Source of the DNA: Ilyomonas sp.
GTDB lineage: Bacteria > Bacteroidota > Bacteroidia > Chitinophagales > Chitinophagaceae
Direction of reading: 5' to 3'
NCBI GenBank assembly: GCA_965277535.1
Contig: OZ255825.1
Coordinates: 900,227 to 964,226 of the forward strand
Length of the DNA stretch: 64,000 bases
Shown: positions 56,939-64,000 of the stretch, piece by piece
How positions within the stretch are numbered: the first letter of the stretch is position 1
How the letters are laid out: the number at the start of each line of letters is the position of its first letter
The notes under the pieces: model-generated
The model's database searches: none
What the model saw: only the letters and a program-made list of their open reading frames with translations
What the model was told of the DNA's origin: nothing
Made by a program: the position numbers and the translations under genes

Positions 56939-58327
56939 TTACAAAGCCTTCACAGCCTCTTTAAATTGCTTACCACGATCTTCATAATTCTTAAACAAAT
57001 CGAACGAAGCGCAGGCCGGACTTAACAAAACCACATCGCCTTTATCGGCTGCTTCAAACGACTGCTTCACTGCATCAACAGCTGAAGCAGTATCTATTAC
57101 ACGAACGATTTTATCAAACGCTTCATGTATTTTTTTATTATCAACGCCAAGGCAAACAATTGCTTTTACTTTTTCACGAACCAACTCTTCAATGGCTGAG
57201 TAATCGTTGCCTTTATCAACACCGCCCAGTATTAAAATGGTTGGCTTCATCATGCTTTCCAGCGCAAACCAGGTGCTGTTCACATTGGTAGCTTTGCTAT
57301 CGTTGATAAACTCAACGCCACGCACAACGGCAACCGGCTCCATACGGTGCTCCAGCGTTTCAAAGCTTTCCACAGCTTCACGGATTTTCTCTTTCCGAAT
57401 GTCCATTGTAAGTGCTGCAATGCCCGCTGCCATTGTGTTTGACTGGTTGTGTTTGCCTTTTGCAGCAAAGTTGTAAATGTTCATGCTAACTCTTTCATCG
57501 TTGGCTTTCATTGTAATCTGATCGCCTTTAAGGAAGGCTCCTTTTTTTGGTTCTTGTTTCATAGAAAATGGCAATAATTTACTGGTGATTAAAATGCTTT
57601 CTAATTTTTTAATAATTACTTCATCGTCCATATTGTAGATGAAGTAATCGTCAGGAGTTTGTTTATTGATGATTTTAAATTTGCTGCTGATGTAATTATC
57701 GAAATTGTAATTGTATCTGTCTAAATGATCTTCGGTAATGTTTAATAAGATGGCAATATGCGCCCTGAAATCAACGATGTCATCCAATTGAAACGATGAA
57801 ATTTCAGCGATGTATAATGGCTTTGGATCTTCTGCCACTTGTTTGGCAAAAGAGTAACCAATGTTGCCAACAATAGCGCAATCCAAACCCGCCGTTTTGC
57901 AAATGTGATACAGCATGGAAGTGGTGGTACTCTTTCCATTGCTACCAGTGATGGCAACAATTTTACTATCGCCTGTAAAACGAAAAGCAAGTTCTATCTC
58001 GCTGATTACCGGAATGCCGCTGCTTCTTATCTTCTTTACCATTTCATTCTTTTCAGGAATGCCAGGACTTTTTACTACCTCGTCAACACCTAAAATTCTT
58101 TCTTCCGAATGCTTGTTTTCTTCCCATTCAATTCCGTTATCAGTAAGCTCTTGTTTGTAGGCCTCTTTTATCGTTCCGGCATCACTCACAAACACTTCGT
58201 ATCCATTCTTCTTGGCCAGCAAAGCAGCACCCACGCCGCTTTCACCTGCGCCTAAAATAGCTACCGACCAAATAGGTTGATCAGTAACCAGAAGTTGCGT
58301 TTCGTTGTCTGTTTTGTTTTTGCTCAT
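56939..58327 (-). CDS. murD: UDP-MurNAc-L-Ala-D-glutamate ligase
   Basis: GAGESG, KSPGIP, TGSNGKSTT, EISSFQL, NDSKATN, SPACASFD. Confidence 0.96.
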   Translation of the reverse strand: MSKNKTDNETQLLVTDQPIWSVAILGAGESGVGAALLAKKNGYEVFVSDAGTIKEAYKQELTDNGIEWEENKHSEERILGVDEVVKSPGIPEKNEMVKKIRSSGIPVISEIELAFRFTGDSKIVAITGSNGKSTTTSMLYHICKTAGLDCAIVGNIGYSFAKQVAEDPKPLYIAEISSFQLDDIVDFRAHIAILLNITEDHLDRYNYNFDNYISSKFKIINKQTPDDYFIYNMDDEVIIKKLESILITSKLLPFSMKQEPKKGAFLKGDQITMKANDERVSMNIYNFAAKGKHNQSNTMAAGIAALTMDIRKEKIREAVESFETLEHRMEPVAVVRGVEFINDSKATNVNSTWFALESMMKPTILILGGVDKGNDYSAIEELVREKVKAIVCLGVDNKKIHEAFDKIVRVIDTASAVDAVKQSFEAADKGDVVLLSPACASFDLFKNYEDRGKQFKEAVKAL

Positions 58328-58338
58328 ATTTTTAAGTT

Positions 58339-58480
58339 GTCTGAACCGGGAGTCTGTAAGATTTGTCTGATTCGGTTGATTTATGTTTTGCTGTTATTGT
58401 TTTTGCTTCTTTAGTAAGAATGTATTTACTCGCTTCCAATCACGCTAATCCTTCCAATCACATAAAATCATGGCTCAGAC
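58339..58480. repeat. Complete family B element (GTCTGAACC...GGCTCAGAC)
   Basis: Terminal inverted ends. Left arm has GATT units and right arm has AATC units. Fills the mraY-murD gap. Confidence 0.75.
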
Positions 58481-59788
58481 TTATCTAATTTTTAATGTTA
58501 CTATCGAAAGCAACACACATAAAATAGTTACAATCCAAAAACGCACGGCGATCTTACTTTCATGAAATCCTTTCTTTTGATAATGATGATGCAAAGGACT
58601 CATTAAAAAAATGCGTTTGCCTTCGCCATACTTTTTTTTGGTGTATTTAAAATAACTGACTTGCAACACCACGCTTAGGTTTTCAACCAGGAACACACCG
58701 CAGAAAATAGGTATCAGTAATTCCTTTCTTACAATCACCGCAAGCGATGCAATGATGCCACCCAATGCAAGACTTCCTGTATCGCCCATAAACACTTGTG
58801 CAGGAAACGCATTGTACCACAAAAAGCCAACACAAGCACCTACCAGCGCACCCACAAAAATGGAAAGCTCGGCAAGGTTGGGTATGTACATAATGTTGAG
58901 ATAATCGGCCACTAAGTAATTACCGCTTACATAAACAAACACGCCCAAACCCGCACCAATAATGGCACTCACGCCTGCCGCCAGTCCGTCTAAGCCATCG
59001 GTTAAGTTAGCTCCGTTTGATACAGCAGTGATAATAAACGTGATGATTAAGATGTAAGGAATCCAGGTAAATTTTTCTGCACCCGGACCAATCCAGCTTA
59101 TCAGTTTGCTGTAATTAAACTCATGTGTTTTTACAAACGGAATGGTTGTGATCGGTGTTTTTACTCTTGCAAAACGCGTTTCTTTTCCATCGCGAACTCT
59201 TGTAACTTCATTCAAAGTTCTTTCGCCTTCATGAACGCCTTTTTCAATGCCATTTACCGTAATGATTTCTCTTTCCACTACTACCGCACTGCTGAAATAA
59301 AGCGTTACACCAATGATAATTCCCAGCCCGATTTGCCCAATGATTTTTGTTACTCCAGCCAGCCCGTCTTTATCTTTCTTTTGATATTTTTCGCCCTTTT
59401 GCTGGGCTGTTCTTCTTGCTTTTAATTTGAAATAATCATCCAAAAAACCAATGCAACCAAGCCATATAGTGCATAAGATCATGAGGCGGATATACACTTT
59501 ATCCAGGTCGGCAAAAAGCAAGGTTGGAATGAGCACCGAAAGCAAAATGATAATGCCACCCATGGTTGGTGTGCCTTTTTTTTGCTGCTCACCTGCCAAG
59601 CCAAGATCGCGCACTGTTTCGCCAATTTGATTGCGTTTTAAAAGATTAATCAACCGTTTGCCATACAAGGTTGCGATGAGCAGCGATAAAATCACTGCCA
59701 TCACCGCACGGAACGTGATGAACTGAAACAGCCCTGCGCCGCTCAAATGAAATTCTTTTCCCAGCCAGTTGAATAAATAGTATAGCAT
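58481..59788 (-). CDS. mraY: Phospho-MurNAc-pentapeptide transferase
   Basis: [41 protein letters not shown]. Confidence 0.96.
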   Translation of the reverse strand: MLYYLFNWLGKEFHLSGAGLFQFITFRAVMAVILSLLIATLYGKRLINLLKRNQIGETVRDLGLAGEQQKKGTPTMGGIIILLSVLIPTLLFADLDKVYIRLMILCTIWLGCIGFLDDYFKLKARRTAQQKGEKYQKKDKDGLAGVTKIIGQIGLGIIIGVTLYFSSAVVVEREIITVNGIEKGVHEGERTLNEVTRVRDGKETRFARVKTPITTIPFVKTHEFNYSKLISWIGPGAEKFTWIPYILIITFIITAVSNGANLTDGLDGLAAGVSAIIGAGLGVFVYVSGNYLVADYLNIMYIPNLAELSIFVGALVGACVGFLWYNAFPAQVFMGDTGSLALGGIIASLAVIVRKELLIPIFCGVFLVENLSVVLQVSYFKYTKKKYGEGKRIFLMSPLHHHYQKKGFHESKIAVRFWIVTILCVLLSIVTLKIR

Positions 59789-59794
59789 CTTTTT

Positions 59795-59943
59795 ATGTAC
59801 GATGTGAGATGTGGGATGTTAGATGTGGCTTACACATTCTTCATCTTCACTCACAATTTTTGTTTAGCATCTGTATTATTACTCACCACTCACCATTCAC
59901 CATTCACCCCTCACTACTCACCATTCACTACTCACTATTCACA
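59795..59943. repeat. Inverted heptamer arrays (ATGTGAG type and ACTCACC/ATTCACT type)
   Basis: Five units at 59795-59829 and nine units at 59881-59943, in the murE-mraY gap. Confidence 0.8.
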
Positions 59944-59944
59944 C

Positions 59945-61408
59945 TTACTTTTTCATCAATTCAAAACATTCTTTCAGCACCGCTTTGTCGTCAAAACTGT
60001 GCTTCACGCCTTTGCTATCCTGATACTTTTCATGACCTTTTCCTGCCACTAGAATGATGTCTTCTTTGTTTGCCATTTCTACGGCTGTTTCTATCGCTTC
60101 TTTCCGGTCTATAATGGTTTTACTTTTGCGTTTTGCTGCGCTGTTCAAACCTTGCTTCATATCGTTAATAATTTCTTCAGGGTCTTCGCTACGTGGGTTA
60201 TCGCTTGTAAGAATTACCTTATCGCTCAACTCGCATGCTACCTGCGCCATAATAGGACGTTTGGTTTTGTCTCTATCTCCGCCGCAGCCCACAACGGTAA
60301 TCACTTGCTCATATCCTTTGCGCAATTTTTTTATAGTTGATAATACATTCTCCAGGGCATCAGGCGTGTGTGCATAATCAACAATACCAATGATGTTGTT
60401 GTGGCTAACGATGTAATCGAACCTGCCTTCAGCGCCATCTAAAGAACTTAACACGCGAAGCACTTCTTCTTTGTTTTCGCCCAAACAAATAGCGGCTCCA
60501 TACACGCACAACAAGTTGTAAGCATTGAACTCGCCAATCAACCGGAAATGCACTTCCTTATCGTTCACCATCATTACTAAACCTGTGAGTGCATTCTCTA
60601 AAATTTTGCCTTTGTATTCAGCCATGTTTTTGAGGCTGTAATAGTATTTATGTGCTGCAGTATTTTGCAACATCACCGTTCCTCTTTTATCATCTAAGTT
60701 TGAAATCGCAAATGCAGAAGAAGAGAGATGATCGAAGAATGATTTTTTTACACGGATGTATTCGTCAAATGTTTTGTGATAATCAAGATGGTCGTGCGTA
60801 ATGTTGCTAAACAAAGCGCCGGTAAACTGCAAACCCGTAATGCGATGCTGATGGATGGCATGGCTGCTGCATTCCATAAACACATGCGTACAACCTTCAT
60901 CCAGCATACGTTTCAACAAAGCATTTAAACTAACCGCATCGGGCGTGGTATGTGTGGATGGCAGCACTTTCTGTGCGATTTGATTTTGCACGGTACTAAT
61001 CAACCCACACTTGTAATTCAATTTTGAAAACAATTTAAACAAAACCGTTGCAATGGTGGTTTTGCCATTGGTTCCGGTAACGCCGACTAATTTTATTTTG
61101 GTTGAAGGTTCGCCATAAAAATGATGTGCGATATAAGCCACTGCCTCGTGTGTGTTGCTTACTTTTAAATAGGTGATGTTTTGAACCAACATCAGGGGCA
61201 TTTCTTCGCACACAATTGCAGTTGCGCCTTTTCCGATAGCTGTATCAATGAAAGAATGGCCATCGCTTACCGCTCCGCGAATGGCAACAAACAGGGATCC
61301 TTTGCCCACTTTGCGCGAATCAACCTGCACATCAGCCACTTCCTTATTTGTGCTGCCATTGATTGCCTGCAAATGCACTTTGTATAATATGTTTTGAAGA
61401 TTCGCCAT
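59945..61408 (-). CDS. murE: UDP-MurNAc-tripeptide synthetase
   Basis: GVTGTNGKTT, HTTPD, MECSSH, HDHLDYH, DYAHTPDA, DNPRSE, AGKGHE. Start set at MANLQ. Confidence 0.96.
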   Translation of the reverse strand: MANLQNILYKVHLQAINGSTNKEVADVQVDSRKVGKGSLFVAIRGAVSDGHSFIDTAIGKGATAIVCEEMPLMLVQNITYLKVSNTHEAVAYIAHHFYGEPSTKIKLVGVTGTNGKTTIATVLFKLFSKLNYKCGLISTVQNQIAQKVLPSTHTTPDAVSLNALLKRMLDEGCTHVFMECSSHAIHQHRITGLQFTGALFSNITHDHLDYHKTFDEYIRVKKSFFDHLSSSAFAISNLDDKRGTVMLQNTAAHKYYYSLKNMAEYKGKILENALTGLVMMVNDKEVHFRLIGEFNAYNLLCVYGAAICLGENKEEVLRVLSSLDGAEGRFDYIVSHNNIIGIVDYAHTPDALENVLSTIKKLRKGYEQVITVVGCGGDRDKTKRPIMAQVACELSDKVILTSDNPRSEDPEEIINDMKQGLNSAAKRKSKTIIDRKEAIETAVEMANKEDIILVAGKGHEKYQDSKGVKHSFDDKAVLKECFELMKK

Positions 61409-61417
61409 GTTTGTTTT

Positions 61418-61519
61418 TTGAACCACTAAGACACTAAGAAATGAAGTGGCACAAAGTCTTTTGTTTTATCAATTATTTTCTTTGTGAACCTTACAAAACT
61501 TTGTGGCTTTGTGGTTCAA
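61418..61519. repeat. REP-like imperfect inverted repeat, family A
   Basis: TTGAACCACTAAGACACTAAG ... CTTTGTGGCTTTGTGGTTCAA in the ftsI-murE gap. Confidence 0.75.
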
Positions 61520-61523
61520 CTTA

Positions 61524-63659
61524 TCAATTCAATTCTATTTTTACCAATTGTCCTTTGCTGATGGGCGTTCCGCTTTGCACCGATTGTGCTGTTATTTTTC
61601 CAGCACCTTTTGCGCTTACTTTCAAACCTATGTTTTCGCACAAAAACAAAGCATCTTTCAAACCCATGCCTTGCAATGAAGGCATTTGTTTGGAAGATAC
61701 ATTCATGCCTTGTTCCACTGATGCTGTTCCGCTTTTAGAAAGGTTCGTCCATTCGTTATCATTGCTCACGCCAGAAACCGGAAGCTTCAATGTATTTTCA
61801 ATGATGTTCATCTCGCGCTTCGATGTGATATAAGAGTAATTGATGCTGTCATTTTTATAATTGCCCGCATACTGAACGCCACCATTTTGGCGCACATACA
61901 GTGTAAATAAACGATCAGAGATTTCCTTGAATACAGGTGCAGCCAGCGTACCACCATAATGCACTACAGCATGAGGTTTTGTTTTGATAACTACAATACA
62001 GGTAAACTGTGGATGATCGGCTGGAAAATAACCTACAAACGATGCCTGGTACACACCATCATCATAATTATAAAAACCATCGGCAACATGCGCAGTGCCT
62101 GTTTTGCCTGCCACTTGGTAAGCGCAATTTTGAAACGCAGCTTTGGCGGTTCCGAAGCTTGTAACCGCTTCCATACAAAGTTTCGCAGCTTTGATAACAG
62201 AAGAATTACTAATGTTTTCACGCAAAACGGTGGGATTAAATTGCCTGATCACAACACCATCTTTTTGAATGTTGTCAACCAGATACGGCTTCACCATTTT
62301 GCCACCGTTGGCAACCGCATTGTATAAAGTAAGTGTTTGCAACGGACTTACCTGTATGGCATAACCAAAGCTCGCGGTTACCATGGCATGAAGCCCTTCA
62401 TTGGTTCTGTTTAAACGTGGTAAACGAGGTTTGGTTTCGCCCAATAAATCAATTCCGGTTACAGAATCCAAACGCAACTGATGTAAGTAAGTAGCAAACT
62501 TTGATGGCTGTGCGGCAAATGTGTTCCATGCAATTTTACTCATGCCAACATTAGAGCTATGAGCAAAACATTCTTCCACAGTCATAACCGGTTTGGGCAT
62601 TGTTTCGGCTTCATTCACTTCGCGCACACCAACGAAACCTTCTCCCGTGCTGCCTACTTCAACAGGTGTGTTAATGCCCATTTTTCCTTCACTTAAAACA
62701 GACAACAAAGTAGCCAGTTTAATGGTAGAGCCCGGCTCGGAAGTTCGCATGGCATAGTTGTAATCTTCCCAATAAGTTCCGTTGGAATGACGGCCTAAAT
62801 TAGCAATGGCTTTTATTTTTCCTGTGCCTGTTTCCATCACGATGCAGGTGCCCGTTTGCGATTCGCTCTGCTGCATCGTATTCATCAGGGCGTTCTCTGC
62901 TATGTCCTGAATGTGTATATCCAAAGTGGTAGTGATATCTTTTCCATCTTCGGGTTCAATGTCGAGCGATTCGTCAACCGGCAAGGAAACGCCACCACCA
63001 ATCGAGCGCACCAAACGCTTGCCTGTTGTGCCTTTCAGGATGCTATCGTAAGATTGTTCCAATCCAATTTTTTGTGCATTCTCTCTTTCCAAACCAATGG
63101 TTCGGTAAGCCAGCATTTGATAAGGATTTAAACGAATACTCCGCTCTTCCGCAATAAAACCGCTTTTATTTCTTCCTAACCTCACCAATGGAAACGTGCG
63201 CAGCTTCTGATAATCGCGAAAACTTACTTTGCTGTGCAACAAAAAATAACGGTCTTTTTCTTTATAACCTTCAGATAGAATGCGTTTGTAATCGGCTTTG
63301 GTTTTGTCTTTAAATAGCTGAGTCAAACCGTAGCTTAGCGAATCAAGATTCTCTCTGAAATTCTTACCGCTTTTATCACGCAAACCTTCTGCACCAAAAT
63401 CAATGTAAATATTAAATTGCGGAATGCTGGTGCTTAACATTTGTCCGTCTTCACTGTAAATGGTGCCGCGTTCAGCATCCACTTCTTCAATTTTTTGATG
63501 AAGACTATCGCTCATTGCGCGCCAGCTATTGCCTTCTATTTGCTGAATTTTTACGGCTTTGCTAATGATGCACAAACACACAATCACCAATATGATAAAA
63601 CACAAATACACCCTCCACAGGATGTCGCGCTTTACTTGTATGGTTTGTGCTGGCTTCAT
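61524..63659 (-). CDS. ftsI: Class B penicillin-binding protein with PASTA domain
   Basis: EPGSTIK (SxxK), HSSNVG (SxN), AGKTGT, C-terminal MPSLQGM.LKDAL PASTA domain. Confidence 0.92.
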   Translation of the reverse strand: MKPAQTIQVKRDILWRVYLCFIILVIVCLCIISKAVKIQQIEGNSWRAMSDSLHQKIEEVDAERGTIYSEDGQMLSTSIPQFNIYIDFGAEGLRDKSGKNFRENLDSLSYGLTQLFKDKTKADYKRILSEGYKEKDRYFLLHSKVSFRDYQKLRTFPLVRLGRNKSGFIAEERSIRLNPYQMLAYRTIGLERENAQKIGLEQSYDSILKGTTGKRLVRSIGGGVSLPVDESLDIEPEDGKDITTTLDIHIQDIAENALMNTMQQSESQTGTCIVMETGTGKIKAIANLGRHSNGTYWEDYNYAMRTSEPGSTIKLATLLSVLSEGKMGINTPVEVGSTGEGFVGVREVNEAETMPKPVMTVEECFAHSSNVGMSKIAWNTFAAQPSKFATYLHQLRLDSVTGIDLLGETKPRLPRLNRTNEGLHAMVTASFGYAIQVSPLQTLTLYNAVANGGKMVKPYLVDNIQKDGVVIRQFNPTVLRENISNSSVIKAAKLCMEAVTSFGTAKAAFQNCAYQVAGKTGTAHVADGFYNYDDGVYQASFVGYFPADHPQFTCIVVIKTKPHAVVHYGGTLAAPVFKEISDRLFTLYVRQNGGVQYAGNYKNDSINYSYITSKREMNIIENTLKLPVSGVSNDNEWTNLSKSGTASVEQGMNVSSKQMPSLQGMGLKDALFLCENIGLKVSAKGAGKITAQSVQSGTPISKGQLVKIELN

Positions 63660-63985
63660 TTGTTTTTGTCAATATTTTCATCAATTACAATGTGCGCAGG
63701 CGGTTCGGGCGATAGCTTCAAACCCAATGGTGCTGCGGCTTGTACCATTTCAGCTTCCCGACTTTTGTACATCAGTTCGCTTTTAGCTGTTTTGTATTCA
63801 TACTGCAATTCTTTCAATTCATTGGCTGTTGTGTTGATATTGCGAATGGTTTTATCAGCATAATGACCATTGGCGATATACAACACTGCAAGCACCGCAA
63901 GAAATAAAAAGAAGGGAATGTTCTTCACCACCCAGCCGTAGCTGACAATTTGCCTGAGCGATGCTTTTATTTTTTTACTTGCCAT
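63656..63985 (-). CDS. ftsL: FtsL-like cell division protein
   Basis: Short N-terminus, one TM helix, coiled coil (LKELQYEYKTAKSELM), overlaps the ftsI start. Confidence 0.75.
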   Translation of the reverse strand: MASKKIKASLRQIVSYGWVVKNIPFFLFLAVLAVLYIANGHYADKTIRNINTTANELKELQYEYKTAKSELMYKSREAEMVQAAAPLGLKLSPEPPAHIVIDENIDKNK

Positions 63986-64000
63986 GGTTTTAGTTTGACC

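Larger units (their letters stand above)
673..58323. repeat. Dispersed motif (G)GCAAAA(A/C)CAAA, at least 29 copies (range spans first to last copy)
   Basis: Exact 12-mers at 5784, 5824(-), 7780, 10310(-), 10751(-), 11890(-), 14077(-), 18196, 19215(-), 20314, 21825(-), 23362, 25897, 30189, 40740, 46012. Further exact 11-mers at 673(-), 2388, 10711, 22042, 32086, 35665, 37926(-), 39313, 41275(-), 43583(-), 46206(-), 55228(-), 58313(-). Confidence 0.85.

Noticed and set aside
673-58323. Chi- or KOPS-like role for the dispersed motif
   Set aside because: Those motifs are strand-biased within a replichore. This one is 15 plus vs 14 minus.
33081-58347. GTCTGAA matching part of the Neisseria DUS (GCCGTCTGAA)
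   Set aside because: The preceding bases are not GCC, and every noted copy is the end of a family B repeat.
30620-61426. Longer N-termini in the ORF track (30676, 33136, 40483, 46022, 61426; also 7399, 18171, 21377)
   Set aside because: The extensions run through repeats or promoter DNA. Downstream ATGs match family-typical starts.
26-63863. Many short ORFs overlapping or antisense to the called genes
   Set aside because: They are shadow frames of well-supported genes and carry no recognisable motifs.
48340-63985. Long FtsZ linker, extended MraY loop, and absence of murF and ddl from the dcw cluster
   Set aside because: To my knowledge these are ordinary Bacteroidota features.
1-64000. tRNA, rRNA or riboswitch
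   Set aside because: No cloverleaf, rRNA-like tract or recognisable aptamer core was found by eye. An Infernal/Rfam and tRNAscan-SE run would be decisive.

Overview
AT-rich chromosomal segment from a Bacteroidota genome, most consistent with Chitinophagaceae on gene content and TAnnTTTG promoters (inference). Left to right it holds: 5' part of ychF; an orphan cheR-cheB pair; Omp85/POTRA-nadK-DUF6089; an NtrC-type regulator; solo hisC; PQQ-type dehydrogenase plus cytochrome c; an orphan phage-type ERF gene; a lipoprotein; aspC; a TonB-dependent receptor with an Rrf2 regulator; xerD; a vWA protein; Mut7-C, DinB and PPK2; seven tandem MacB/FtsX-like ABC permeases behind a candidate sigma-54 promoter; pfkB; degP; DUF5916; a hydrolase-DUF6624 fusion; a RelE/ParE toxin-antitoxin pair; and the dcw cluster (ftsL to ftsZ). 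I found no rRNA, tRNA, CRISPR array, IS or prophage. The strongest unexplained signal is non-coding. The non-palindromic motif (G)GCAAAA(A/C)CAAA occurs at least 29 times by manual count, on both strands, in several reading frames inside genes, just after stop codons, and as inverted pairs forming terminator stems. This resembles a DNA uptake sequence. At least four families of REP-like or short-period repeats also fill the intergenic gaps, two copies are translated inside FtsW and MurG, and a 253-bp nested inverted repeat lies upstream of xerD. All counts were made by eye and are lower bounds.
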